A stretch of 64,000 nt of DNA from Escherichia coli (GCF_016903815.1 NZ_CP069973.1); one strand, 5' to 3'; shown: positions 46,358 through 55,787, counted from the first letter of the stretch. Numbers and translations are program-made. Notes: generated from the letters alone by a model not told the origin.

Positions 46358-46565
46358 AACTACCCCACAGCCTACACGTCTAGTATTTTATGTTATTTCG
46401 AATAATTATGCATCAGATTACCATCCTACAATTGTGCATAAAACGAGCATTTTGCTGATTTTTCTGCGGATGCCTGAGACAGACAACCTCAAGCACCCGC
46501 AGCAATTTTACTTAACTCCCGCTACCTCGCCAATATGAAATCAATAAGAAAGGTGCTCCATAAAA

Positions 46566-47252
46566 TCACTCCTTCTCTTCTTTATCGTAGTGGAGTTGAC
46601 CAATTTTGATAAGAGGGCGTCCCTGAGATTTGCGGTGTAGATTGGTATCGCGCAGAGAATACACACAGCCACAATATTCCTGCTGATAGAATTTTTCGCG
46701 CTTGCTGATTTCAATCATGCGGGACGAGCCGCCCTGCTTGCGCCAGTTATAATCCCAGTACACCATGCCCGGATAATGCGCGACGGCTCGCCGCCCACAG
46801 TCGTTAACCTGCTGCATATTTTTCCAGCGTGAAATGCCCAGTGAACTGCTGATCACACTGAAACCATTTTCAGCAGCGTACAGCGCTGTCCGCTCAAAAC
46901 GCATGTCAAAACACATGGTACAACGGATCCCCCTCTCGGGCTCCCATTCCATTCCTTTGGCACGTTCAAACCAGTTGTCTGTGTCGTAATCAGCATCAAT
47001 AAATGGCACGCCGTGTTGTTCAGCAAAGCGAATATTCTCATCCTTACGAATTAAATACTCTTTCTGAGGATGAATGTTCGGGTTGTAGAAAAAGATGGTA
47101 TAGTCGATTCTCGAGGCCTGAAGTGCCTCCATCACTTCACCGGAACATGGAGCACAGCAAGAGTGCAGTAGTAGTTTGTTTGCCCCGTTTGGGAGCTCCA
47201 ATTTAGGCCGTTTGAAATCAGCAATAGTCATAAATATTTTTATTGGGGTCAT
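46566..47252 (-). CDS. DUF208 / QueH-like protein (putative epoxyqueuosine reductase family)
   Basis: [11 protein letters not shown] and FFYNPNIHP motifs plus additional Cys (CTMC, CGC) as recalled for the QueH/DUF208 family. Confidence 0.6.
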   Translation of the reverse strand: MTPIKIFMTIADFKRPKLELPNGANKLLLHSCCAPCSGEVMEALQASRIDYTIFFYNPNIHPQKEYLIRKDENIRFAEQHGVPFIDADYDTDNWFERAKGMEWEPERGIRCTMCFDMRFERTALYAAENGFSVISSSLGISRWKNMQQVNDCGRRAVAHYPGMVYWDYNWRKQGGSSRMIEISKREKFYQQEYCGCVYSLRDTNLHRKSQGRPLIKIGQLHYDKEEKE

Positions 47253-47433
47253 AAAAATAGCACAGAGTGTGGCATCAGAGCAGGGCTATCGGGAATAGAT
47301 GTCTAAATCTGGTAATATCTGCTTTTGACGCATAGCAGACAACCACGCTAGCTCAATCCTGTGCCGTGAAAATGTCAATTCACATCTGAACTAATGCTCT
47401 TTAATCTAGTTACGTCTATAAATAACGAAAATT

Positions 47434-47832
47434 TCACTGATAAAATGCCAGTATGCGCTGCATAACTTCGCTCTTCCGGCACTCACAGCAAATTATGTTT
47501 TGGTGCCTGTCATAACGACGTATTTCTCCGTCAGGTAATGACCAGATAAGGTCCGGATCAACCACAGATGTTTTCTTCACCTTTGCCCTCGAGAGTTTTT
47601 TGCGGGCGTTTTGCCAGTCCTTACGAGCCTGTTCAGACGGGAATAACCCGTAGCCAGAGTTATATACATCACCACTGGCAACCAGCTCTCTGGCGAGAAC
47701 GCTCATCAGATATCTTGTCGCACCTGTCTTGGCTTCCAGTTGCCGTAACGTCTCGCGCCCACTCCGGCGTACTAGCTCAACAACCTGCCCCTTGATTTTT
47801 TCCCGCTCTTCTTGTGTAAAAACTTTTGCCAC
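47434..47832 (-). CDS. Hypothetical prophage protein
   Basis: 132-aa basic ORF downstream of the replication initiator, with a CCEC motif; no family recognised. Confidence 0.4.
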   Translation of the reverse strand: MAKVFTQEEREKIKGQVVELVRRSGRETLRQLEAKTGATRYLMSVLARELVASGDVYNSGYGLFPSEQARKDWQNARKKLSRAKVKKTSVVDPDLIWSLPDGEIRRYDRHQNIICCECRKSEVMQRILAFYQ

Positions 47833-47872
47833 AAGTCCCCCTTAAAATTACCTCATGACCTGAAATCAAAAC

Positions 47873-48838
47873 TTATCCTCTGAAACCAGGCGGAATTTCT
47901 GTATCCGGTTCAGAAATATGATTAACACAACGCTGTACAGGTGAACGCCCCAGGCGGATGACCAGTTCGTCCCATTTTTCGCGGAGCTTTGACGGGCTCA
48001 TGATGTTTTTTACCCAGAATGGATCCCGCTGTACCCGACCAAACATTTCACAAATTTGTCTGTGACTTCTGCCATCCAGCATCCGCATTGTGCGCACATC
48101 ATTGGCCCAGACAGTCCAGTTAGGCTCTTTTGGTCGCATGATCTCGCCATCATCACTGGCGGCCTGTTCGTAGAGACCCACGATCCGCCCCCATATCCAC
48201 TGCGCACACGCCAGATCCTCCTGGCTACCCCACTGGCGTTTTTTCGCACTAAACACAACTGCGCCAGGGTGCCGGATTAAAAAATCCTGTTCAGCCGTCT
48301 GCGGGTCCGGTTGCGAAGCTTCCGGACGAAAAGTGTTTTTATTCTCTGTAGTAATCTCTGTTGTATTCTCTGTAGGATCATCGGGCCATTTTGACCCGAT
48401 GACATTGGGTCGTTTTGAACCAATGGAGCGTTTCATTTTGACCTCTTCCATCGTGTCATTTTGACCTGATGGAGCGGCGCATTTTGAACCGATGGATTCG
48501 CTCAATTTGCCATCATCTAAAAGCTCGCTCCCATAGTTAATCGTGTAGAAATTGGTCATATCGCGCTTTGATTTATTGAGCTTTTCACAACGCAAAAGCC
48601 CCAGCGTTTTCAGACTTGCAAACGCGCGCTTTAACGTTGACTCTGACCAGAATGGGAACTGTTCCAGCCATTGTTCCGTTGTGTTGTAAATCCAGCGAAC
48701 ACCATCACATTCCATGCCGGAATTGGTATCTCTCAACCAGTAATGCAACTGCTGCAACACAATGGCTTCATTTAAGCCAATCTTCATCGCAAGCTGTGTG
48801 TTTATAACCAGTGGGCGTTCAGCAAAAAGAAGGCTCAT
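47873..48838 (-). CDS. Replication initiator (lambda O-like replisome organizer) containing ori iterons
   Basis: N-terminal replisome-organizer-like region; internal 23-bp iterons encode repeated SIGSK motifs; start uncertain (48892 or 48838). Confidence 0.65.
   Translation of the reverse strand: MSLLFAERPLVINTQLAMKIGLNEAIVLQQLHYWLRDTNSGMECDGVRWIYNTTEQWLEQFPFWSESTLKRAFASLKTLGLLRCEKLNKSKRDMTNFYTINYGSELLDDGKLSESIGSKCAAPSGQNDTMEEVKMKRSIGSKRPNVIGSKWPDDPTENTTEITTENKNTFRPEASQPDPQTAEQDFLIRHPGAVVFSAKKRQWGSQEDLACAQWIWGRIVGLYEQAASDDGEIMRPKEPNWTVWANDVRTMRMLDGRSHRQICEMFGRVQRDPFWVKNIMSPSKLREKWDELVIRLGRSPVQRCVNHISEPDTEIPPGFRG
48385..48500. repeat. Origin iterons: five direct repeats at 23-bp spacing
   Basis: Core (a/g)ttttga(c/a)c at 48388, 48412, 48435, 48458 and 48481, inside the initiator gene as in lambda ori. 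Confidence 0.65.
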
Positions 48839-49340
48839 AATTCCATCCAGCTTTTTGTTGGTATTGCTGTCGATACGCAAGCTTGAAAGCAATTGCTTTT
48901 TCTATAAGTTCGTCAGTTTCACGATCCACTACGGCAGGATCAGCAAAAAGCAGTCCGGACTCCACCACATCGCCATATTCTTTGTTTAACCCGGCGATCA
49001 TGCACGTGATGCTTTTTCCGTCAGTAATTTCACGATACAACCTGAAATCACTAATCCGGATAGCCTCCATAATCGCAGGCACTAGCGCCGTGAACTTTTC
49101 ACGCTTATCCCTGGTGTCGATAGCCTTCCAGCGTTCGAATATCTTCACTCGATTAACGCCAAGCGCTCGCTGATCAACCGCGCCACCTTCATCTGTGACA
49201 CGCTGAACATCGATGTTCGGGCGCTCTTTCAAAGCCCAGAATGCTTCAGTGATTAATATCGTCGCCTGCTCCTGTGTCATTCCTGGTCGACATATCCAGG
49301 CATCCAGAGCCTCACGAGCCTGTTCAGGAGTGATTTTCAT
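48819..49340 (-). CDS. Hypothetical early-region protein (YdaT-position)
   Basis: 173-aa ORF directly downstream of the cro-like dicC. Confidence 0.45.
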   Translation of the reverse strand: MKITPEQAREALDAWICRPGMTQEQATILITEAFWALKERPNIDVQRVTDEGGAVDQRALGVNRVKIFERWKAIDTRDKREKFTALVPAIMEAIRISDFRLYREITDGKSITCMIAGLNKEYGDVVESGLLFADPAVVDRETDELIEKAIAFKLAYRQQYQQKAGWNYEPSFC

Positions 49341-49554
49341 TGTTCAACCGCCCCGCCCGCTTCGTCTTACGATATTCATCATAAACTTTGGGATCATACT
49401 GAAGCTCCCCGCCAGATGCCTCCTGTAGACGCATCGCGCGACCTTCAGGAACCAGTATCCCCCAAGCAGCAACACTTGCCAGCCTCACTCCTGCGGCATT
49501 GGCAAGCTTTGTTTTGCTGCCAAAAAAAGTAATTGCGTCAACTTTAAGCATCAA
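49324..49554 (-). CDS. dicC: Cro-like repressor DicC
   Basis: 76-aa ORF ...FFGSKTKLANAAGVRLASVAAW...LVPEGRAMRLQEASGGELQYDPKVYDEY...; divergent from dicA. Confidence 0.85.
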   Translation of the reverse strand: MMLKVDAITFFGSKTKLANAAGVRLASVAAWGILVPEGRAMRLQEASGGELQYDPKVYDEYRKTKRAGRLNNENHS

Positions 49555-49563
49555 AGCCCCCTC

Positions 49564-49582
49564 TTGTTAGACTTTTCTAACA
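49564..49582. promoter_or_regulatory. Operator palindrome in the dicC-dicA divergent promoter region
   Basis: ttgttaga-cttt-tctaaca inverted repeat. Confidence 0.6.
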
Positions 49583-49631
49583 TTATTGTGCGCGGGATAC
49601 CTAAGTCAAGAAAAATTAGAATTACCTAACT

Positions 49632-50039
49632 ATGGATACAAGAACCCTGGGCCAGCGAGTTCTGGCGCGACGAAAAGAATTACGCTTAACACAACGAGAA
49701 GCCGCGCGCCTCGCTGGAGTTGCTCACGTCACAATTTCACAATGGGAAAGAGACGAAACCCAGCCAGTCGGAAAACGATTGTTTGCTTTAGCGGATGCTC
49801 TGAAGTGCTCACCTACATGGCTAATGTTTGGTGACGAAGACAAGGCACCAGTGCCTGCACAAGAACTTCATGTGGAAACAGAGCTAACTCCCAACCACAA
49901 AGAATTGATCGAATTATTCGATGCTCTTCCATCTTCCGAGCAGGAAGCCTTGCTGTCTGAAATGCGCGCAAGAGTAGAAAACTTCAACAAACTCTTCGAA
50001 GAAATGCTTAAAGCGCGTAAAAATAAATCAATAAAATAA
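49632..50039 (+). CDS. dicA: HTH-XRE repressor DicA
   Basis: 135-aa ORF ...LTQREAARLAGVAHVTISQWERDETQPVGKRLFALADALKCSPTWLMFGDED... Confidence 0.9.
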   Translation: MDTRTLGQRVLARRKELRLTQREAARLAGVAHVTISQWERDETQPVGKRLFALADALKCSPTWLMFGDEDKAPVPAQELHVETELTPNHKELIELFDALPSSEQEALLSEMRARVENFNKLFEEMLKARKNKSIK

Positions 50040-50074
50040 CATTCTTTTCAAGTGATTAGTTGCGTCCACCCTTT

Positions 50075-50128
50075 TTGTTAGATCAATCTAACAAAAAACA
50101 CTTGCCTCTCATGTTAGGTTATTCTAAA
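50075..50128. promoter_or_regulatory. Two operator-like palindromes at the dicB-operon promoter
   Basis: ttgttaga-tcaa-tctaacaa (50075..50094) and tgttag-gttat-tctaaa (50112..50128) between dicA and ydfA. Confidence 0.6.
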
Positions 50129-50207
50129 TTATTTTCCATCAAGACACCGCACGGTGTTCTCAGCAAACAGTTCCGCTACCCCGGCGTTAAGGGGAAATGA
50201 GGTCAGC

Positions 50208-50363
50208 ATGGATACTATCGATCTTGGCAACAACGAATCTCTGGTGTACGGCGTGTTTCCAAACCAGGACGGCACGTTCACCGCAATGACGTATACCAAA
50301 AGCAAAACGTTTAAAACCGAAAATGGTGCCCGTCGCTGGCTGGAAAGAAACTCAGGTGAGTGA
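50208..50363 (+). CDS. ydfA: Small prophage protein YdfA
   Basis: MDTIDLGNNESLVYGVFPNQDGTFTAMTYTKSKTFKTENGARRWLERNSGE (51 aa). Confidence 0.8.
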   Translation: MDTIDLGNNESLVYGVFPNQDGTFTAMTYTKSKTFKTENGARRWLERNSGE

Positions 50364-50364
50364 T

Positions 50365-50940
50365 ATGGATTTCGACACAATCATGGAAAAGGCTTACGAA
50401 GAATACTTCGAAGGCCTTGCCGAAGGCGAAGAAGCTCTCAGCTTCAGTGAGTTTAAACAGGCACTCAGAATAAGAATGTGCTCTCACAATGACGCGGAGC
50501 ACAAATATGAGAAGCAAAATCAGACCGCAGAAAATTTTGTTCTGGAACCCGGAGAAACGCTTTTCAAAATTCCCGTTACGTGCCCCATTTGCGGTTTTAC
50601 ATCAGAAGAACTTGACGACTCCTGTAACAATCAGGAAACAACCAAGTATGTCGAAGATGATACCGAGTGCGCACGAAGAACGATTATATCCACGAGTCCA
50701 AACTCCAGGACCAATAAATCTCACTTTGAGAGGGTGATTAATCCACTCCCCCAAACCAATAAAAAAGATGCCGGAGGACAAAAAACCCAATGGAACAACG
50801 GGATATCTGTCAAAAAAAGACGTTCCATTAAAGACAAACAACGCAGCGCCAACAACTGTAAGCGCTTTATACCAGTAATCAATTTTCATGTTCTTAAGCG
50901 GATTTATTGGTGGTTGCGACATTGCTTAATGAATCCTTAA
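50365..50940 (+). CDS. YdfB/YdfC-region protein, continuous 191-aa reading frame
   Basis: Starts MDFDTIMEKAYEEYFEGLAEGEE (YdfB-like); with zinc-ribbon-like CPICG and basic C-terminus. Confidence 0.5.
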   Translation: MDFDTIMEKAYEEYFEGLAEGEEALSFSEFKQALRIRMCSHNDAEHKYEKQNQTAENFVLEPGETLFKIPVTCPICGFTSEELDDSCNNQETTKYVEDDTECARRTIISTSPNSRTNKSHFERVINPLPQTNKKDAGGQKTQWNNGISVKKRRSIKDKQRSANNCKRFIPVINFHVLKRIYWWLRHCLMNP

Positions 50941-51198
50941 AACTGTGGTGATTTTAAGGATACCACCTCGCCTGACGTGGTTAAAAGCAGGCACACAACA
51001 CGAAAGCGCACGGCGAAGTTCGTCTCACTGTACGGTGTCGTTAAATTTAATTCGACCGTGCGCTTCCGGTTGTGGCAACCCGCGAAATGGCGCGGCGGTA
51101 AGTATGGCGGGGTTATTCCTTCCCCGTTGAGGACACCGAGTTGTCAGGTTGACCATACGCTTAAGTGACAACCCCGCTGCAACGCCCTCTGTTATCAA

Positions 51199-51256
51199 TT
51201 TTCTGGTGACGTTTGGCGGTATCAGTTTTACTCCGTGACTGCTCTGCCGCCGTTTT
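51199..51256 (+). ncRNA. dicF: DicF small regulatory RNA
   Basis: tttctggtgacgtttggcggtatcagttttactccgtgactgctctgccgcc followed by a T-run; matches the DicF sequence from memory. Confidence 0.8.
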
Positions 51257-51426
51257 TAAAGTGAATTTTGTGATGCGGTGAATGCGGCTAAGCGCACGCG
51301 GAACAGTTAAAACCAAAAACAGTGTTATGGGTGGATTCTCTGTATCCGGCGTTAATTGTTAACTGGTTAACGTCACCTGGAGGCACCAGGCACTGCATCA
51401 CAAAATTCATTGTTGAGGACGCGATA

Positions 51427-51615
51427 ATGAAAACGTTATTACCAAACGTTAATACGTCTGAAGGTTGTTTTGAAATTGGTGTCACTATCAGTAACCCTGT
51501 ATTTACTGAAGATGCCATTAACAAGAGAAAACAAGAACGGGAGCTATTAAATAAAATATGCATTGTTTCAATGCTGGCTCGTTTACGTCTGATGCCAAAA
51601 GGATGTGCACAATGA
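51427..51615 (+). CDS. dicB: Cell division inhibitor DicB
   Basis: MKTLLPNVNTSEGCFEIGVTISNPVFTEDAINKRKQERELLNKICIVSMLARLRLMPKGCAQ (62 aa). Confidence 0.85.
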   Translation: MKTLLPNVNTSEGCFEIGVTISNPVFTEDAINKRKQERELLNKICIVSMLARLRLMPKGCAQ

Positions 51616-51803
51616 ATTCAGCATTTGCGCTTGTTCTGACAGTTTTTCTTGTTTCCGGAGAGCCAGTTGATATTGCAGTCAGTGTTCACAGGACAATGCA
51701 GGAGTGTATGACTGCAGCAACCGAACAGAAAATTCCCGGTAACTGTTACCCGGTCGATAAAGTTATTCACCAGTATAATATCGAAATCCCGGCAGGTCTT
51801 TAA
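51612..51803 (+). CDS. ydfD: Small prophage protein YdfD
   Basis: MNSAFALVLTVFLVSGEPVDIAVSVHRTMQECM... (63 aa), overlapping the dicB stop. Confidence 0.8.
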   Translation: MNSAFALVLTVFLVSGEPVDIAVSVHRTMQECMTAATEQKIPGNCYPVDKVIHQYNIEIPAGL

Positions 51804-51896
51804 AACAGTTCCGTAATAAATATCCGGTTTCATTCTTATATGCCAGCAATGGCAGGGATTTGTTCATCCTTAAATCTGTCATGAGGTTAAAACAAA

Positions 51897-54368
51897 ATGA
51901 GTAAAGTCTTTATTTGCGCCGCTATTCCTGACGAACTGGCAACAAGGGAAGAAGGCGCTGTGGCTGTAGCCACAGCCATTGAAGCTGGCGACGAACGCCG
52001 TGCTCGAGCAAAATTTCACTGGCAATTCCTGGAACATTATCCGGCTGCTCAGGACTGCGTTTATAAATTTATTGTCTGCGAGGATAAACCTGGCATACCC
52101 CGCCCTGCCCTCGATTCATGGGATGCTGAATATATGCAGGAAAACCGCTGGGATGAGGAGTCTGCTTCTTTTGTCCCGGTTGAGACTGAATCCGATCCGA
52201 TGAACGTCACTTTTGACAAGCTGGCCCCTGAAGTACAGAACGCTGTCATGGTTAAGTTCGACACATGTGAAAACATCACCGTTGATATGGTTATTAGCGC
52301 ACAGGAATTGTTGCAGGAAGACATGGCAACATTCGACGGACATATCGTTGAAGCGTTGATGAAAATGCCAGAAGTTAACGCCATGTATCCGGAGCTTAAG
52401 TTGCACGCCATTGGGTGGGTTAAGCATAAATGTATTCCTGGTGCTAAATGGCCCGAAATTCAGGCAGAGATGCGCATCTGGAAAAAACGTCGCGAAGGTG
52501 AACGCAAGGAAACCGGAAAATACACGTCTGTTGTTGATCTCGCCCGCGCCAGAGCCAATCAACAGTACACTGAAAATTCAACAGGAAAAATCAGCCCGGT
52601 CATTGCTGCCATTCATCGCGAATACAAGCAGACATGGAAAACACTGGATGACGAACTGGCCTACGCTCTCTGGCCTGGTGATGTGGATGCCGGAAACATT
52701 GACGGCAGCATCCATCGCTGGGCAAAAAATGAAGTTATCGATAACGACCGCGAAGACTGGAAGCGTATCTCGGCATCAATGCGCAAACAGCCTGATGCCC
52801 TTCGCTACGACCGCCAAACTATTTTTGGCCTTGTCCGTGAACGTCCGATCGACATTCACAAAGATCCCGTAGCACTGAACAAATATATCTGCGAATACCT
52901 GACGACAAAGGGCGTGTTTGAGAATGAAGAAACAGACCTGGGCACTGTTGATGTTCTCCAGTCATCAGAAACACAAACTGATGCAGTGGAAACTGAGGTA
53001 TCTGATATCCCAAAAAATGAAACCGCGCCGGAAGCTGAACCATCTGTAGAGCGTGAGGGGCCGTTCTATTTCCTCTTCGCAGATAAGGACGGAGAAAAAT
53101 ACGGTCGCGCAAACAAACTTTCTGGTCTGGATAAGGCACTGGCTGCTGGCGCCACTGAAATCACAAAAGAAGAATATTTTGCCCGAAAAAATGGCACATA
53201 CACGGGCTTACCGCAAAATGTAGATACCGCTGAAGATTCAGAACAACCAGAGCCGATGAAAGTTACCGCTGACGAAGTAAACAACATTATGCAGGCAGCC
53301 AATATCATCCAGCCTGACGCCGATAAGTTGCTTGCTGCATCACGTGGTGAATTTGTTGAAGGGATTAGTGACCCGAATGATCCGAAATGGGTTAAGGGGA
53401 TCCAGACCCGCGATTCTGTGAACCAGAACCAGCATGAATCGGAACGGAACTACCAAAAAGCGGAACAAAACAGCCCAAATGCGTTACAAAACGAGCCAGA
53501 AACGAAACAGCCTGAATCAGTGGCGCAACAGGAAGTGGAAAAAGTCTGCACCGCCTGCGGTCAGACCGGCGGCGGCAACTGCCCTGATTGTGGCGCGGTA
53601 ATGGGCGACGCAACATACCAGGAAACATTCGATGAAGAGTATCAGGTTGAAGTTCAGGAAGATGATCCGGAGAAAATGGAAGGCGCTGAACATCCACACA
53701 AGGAGAACACTGGCGGCAATCAGCATCACGATAGCGATAATGAAACTGGCGAGACGGCAGATCACTCAATTAAGGTGAACGGTCATCACGAAATCACATC
53801 CACCAGCAGGACGTGTGACCATCTAATGATCGACCTTGAAACCATGGGAAAAAATCCTGATGCCCCGATCATCTCAATAGGTGCAATATTTTTCGATCCG
53901 CAAACCGGAGATATGGGACCGGAATTTAGTAAGACTATCGATCTGGAAACTGCTGGCGGAGTCATTGATCGGGACACCATTAAATGGTGGCTTAAGCAAT
54001 CACGCGAAGCGCAATCTGCCATTATGACCGATGAAATCCCGTTAGATGATGCACTGTTACAATTGCGGGAATTTATCGACGAAAACTCCGGTGAATTTTT
54101 TGTTCAGGTCTGGGGAAATGGAGCCAACTTCGACAACACGATTTTGCGCCGTTCATACGAACGGCAGGGGATCCCCTGCCCGTGGCGTTACTACAACGAT
54201 CGCGATGTACGCACAATCGTTGAGCTGGGGAAAGCCATAGACTTCGATGCCAGAACGGCTATTCAATTCGAAGGTGAGCGCCATAATGCACTTGATGACG
54301 CCCGTTACCAGGCAAAATACGTTTCAGTTATCTGGCAAAAACTGATCCCGAGTCAGGCTGATTCTTAA
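51897..54368 (+). CDS. Prophage exonuclease-family protein (YdfE-like N-terminus, DnaQ-like 3'-5' exonuclease C-terminal domain)
   Basis: 823-aa ORF; C-terminal DLETMG...[13 protein letters not shown] resembles the DEDDh exonuclease fold; acidic low-complexity middle region. Confidence 0.65.
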   Translation: MSKVFICAAIPDELATREEGAVAVATAIEAGDERRARAKFHWQFLEHYPAAQDCVYKFIVCEDKPGIPRPALDSWDAEYMQENRWDEESASFVPVETESDPMNVTFDKLAPEVQNAVMVKFDTCENITVDMVISAQELLQEDMATFDGHIVEALMKMPEVNAMYPELKLHAIGWVKHKCIPGAKWPEIQAEMRIWKKRREGERKETGKYTSVVDLARARANQQYTENSTGKISPVIAAIHREYKQTWKTLDDELAYALWPGDVDAGNIDGSIHRWAKNEVIDNDREDWKRISASMRKQPDALRYDRQTIFGLVRERPIDIHKDPVALNKYICEYLTTKGVFENEETDLGTVDVLQSSETQTDAVETEVSDIPKNETAPEAEPSVEREGPFYFLFADKDGEKYGRANKLSGLDKALAAGATEITKEEYFARKNGTYTGLPQNVDTAEDSEQPEPMKVTADEVNNIMQAANIIQPDADKLLAASRGEFVEGISDPNDPKWVKGIQTRDSVNQNQHESERNYQKAEQNSPNALQNEPETKQPESVAQQEVEKVCTACGQTGGGNCPDCGAVMGDATYQETFDEEYQVEVQEDDPEKMEGAEHPHKENTGGNQHHDSDNETGETADHSIKVNGHHEITSTSRTCDHLMIDLETMGKNPDAPIISIGAIFFDPQTGDMGPEFSKTIDLETAGGVIDRDTIKWWLKQSREAQSAIMTDEIPLDDALLQLREFIDENSGEFFVQVWGNGANFDNTILRRSYERQGIPCPWRYYNDRDVRTIVELGKAIDFDARTAIQFEGERHNALDDARYQAKYVSVIWQKLIPSQADS

Positions 54369-54440
54369 TGTTCAACTGTCGCCGGTTGTGACTGGTATTC
54401 TGCAACCGGCGCTCGTCTAATGTAAGAGATAAAGAAATCG

Positions 54441-54692
54441 ATGAGCGAAGTAATCATGATTGTCTCTCCCGGCAAATGGGTATCCGAAGAGCAGTTAATT
54501 GCGCTGAAAGGAATAAAAAAAGGTACGTTAAAAAAGGCCCGGGAAAAATCGTTTATGGAAGGAAGGGAATATAAGCATGTCGCTCATGACGGTATGCCAT
54601 GGGATAACAGTCCATGCTTTTACAACCTGGAAGAAATTGATCGCTGGATTGAGCGCCAGGCATCAGCAAGACCAAGACGTCATCTTACTTGA
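54441..54692 (+). CDS. Excisionase-like small DNA-binding protein
   Basis: 83-aa ORF immediately upstream of the integrase region; Xis-like character. Confidence 0.45.
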   Translation: MSEVIMIVSPGKWVSEEQLIALKGIKKGTLKKAREKSFMEGREYKHVAHDGMPWDNSPCFYNLEEIDRWIERQASARPRRHLT

Positions 54693-54792
54693 CTAAAAGC
54701 CACACTAACGTAACCGGCTCATTTAAACCGTCTGGTCTGTTTCCTCCGGCTCTACAAAAATAATGTCCATCATTTTTAATGGACACTATCGT

Positions 54793-55440
54793 ATGAAACA
54801 CCGGACCTGGATCACTGAAGCTTTACGTCTTCACTTTGAAGAACATTTACCCCGGGTTGTGGCCGGGCGTCGCCTGGGTGTACCAAAATCAACAGTTTGT
54901 AGTATGTTCGTGCGCTTTCGGAGAGCTGGCCTTTCGTGGCCTTTGCCCGCAGGCATGTCGGAGCAGGAACTTGATGCCTGCCTTTACGGACAATTTTCCA
55001 CGGTACCAGTCGTACGTCCTGAAAGCACCGTTATATCCGAAGCCCCCGTGGTAAAAAAACGTCCCCGGCGGCCCAACTTCCCTTATGAGTTTAAAATCGC
55101 CTTAGTGGAGCAGTCACTGCAGCCCGGAGCCTGTGTGGCGCAGATCGCCCGGGAAAACGGAATCAACGATAACCTGCTCTTCAACTGGCGCCATCAATAC
55201 CGGAAAGGTGGCCTGCTGCCTTCCGGAAAAAATATGCCGGCACTGCTTCCCGTGACGTTAACGCCGGAGCCGGATAATAAAATCCCGGCCCCCGCACAGG
55301 AACCAGAGCAGATAAATACACCGTCCGACAGTCTGTGTTGTGAGCTGGTTCTGCCGGCCGGAACTCTCAGGCTTAAAGGTAAACTGACGCCGGCGTTATT
55401 ACAGACACTTATCCGCGAAATAAAAGGGAGCAGCCACTGA
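54793..55440 (+). CDS. IS66-family accessory protein TnpA
   Basis: HTH-containing ORF with KRPRRPNFPYEFKIALVEQSL...; start uncertain (54763 or 54793). Confidence 0.7.
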   Translation: MKHRTWITEALRLHFEEHLPRVVAGRRLGVPKSTVCSMFVRFRRAGLSWPLPAGMSEQELDACLYGQFSTVPVVRPESTVISEAPVVKKRPRRPNFPYEFKIALVEQSLQPGACVAQIARENGINDNLLFNWRHQYRKGGLLPSGKNMPALLPVTLTPEPDNKIPAPAQEPEQINTPSDSLCCELVLPAGTLRLKGKLTPALLQTLIREIKGSSH

Positions 55441-55787
55441 TGATATCTCTCCCTGCAGGTTCGCGTATCTGGCTGGTTGCAGGTATCACCGATATGCGAA
55501 ATGGCTTTAACGGCCTGGCATCAAAAGTTCAGAACGTCCTGAAGGATGACCCGTTCTCCGGACACCTGTTCATCTTCCGCGGACGCCGGGGTGACCAGAT
55601 AAAAGTGTTGTGGGCTGACAGTGACGGACTGTGCCTCTTCACCAAACGCCTGGAGCGGGGCCGCTTCGTCTGGCCAGTCACCCGTGACGGCAAGGTGCAC
55701 CTTACTCCGGCTCAGTTATCCATGCTTCTTGAAGGTATCAACTGGAAGCACCCGAAACGAACGGAACGCGCTGGAATCCGCATATAA
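55440..55787 (+). CDS. IS66-family accessory protein TnpB
   Basis: 115-aa ORF MISLPAGSRIWLVAGITDMRNGFNGLA... Confidence 0.85.
   Translation: MISLPAGSRIWLVAGITDMRNGFNGLASKVQNVLKDDPFSGHLFIFRGRRGDQIKVLWADSDGLCLFTKRLERGRFVWPVTRDGKVHLTPAQLSMLLEGINWKHPKRTERAGIRI

Noticed and set aside
48385-48500. Possible CRISPR-like periodic repeats
   Set aside because: Only five copies at 23-bp period, no unique spacers of CRISPR length, and they lie inside a coding sequence; interpreted as ori iterons. No CRISPR array was seen anywhere in the window.
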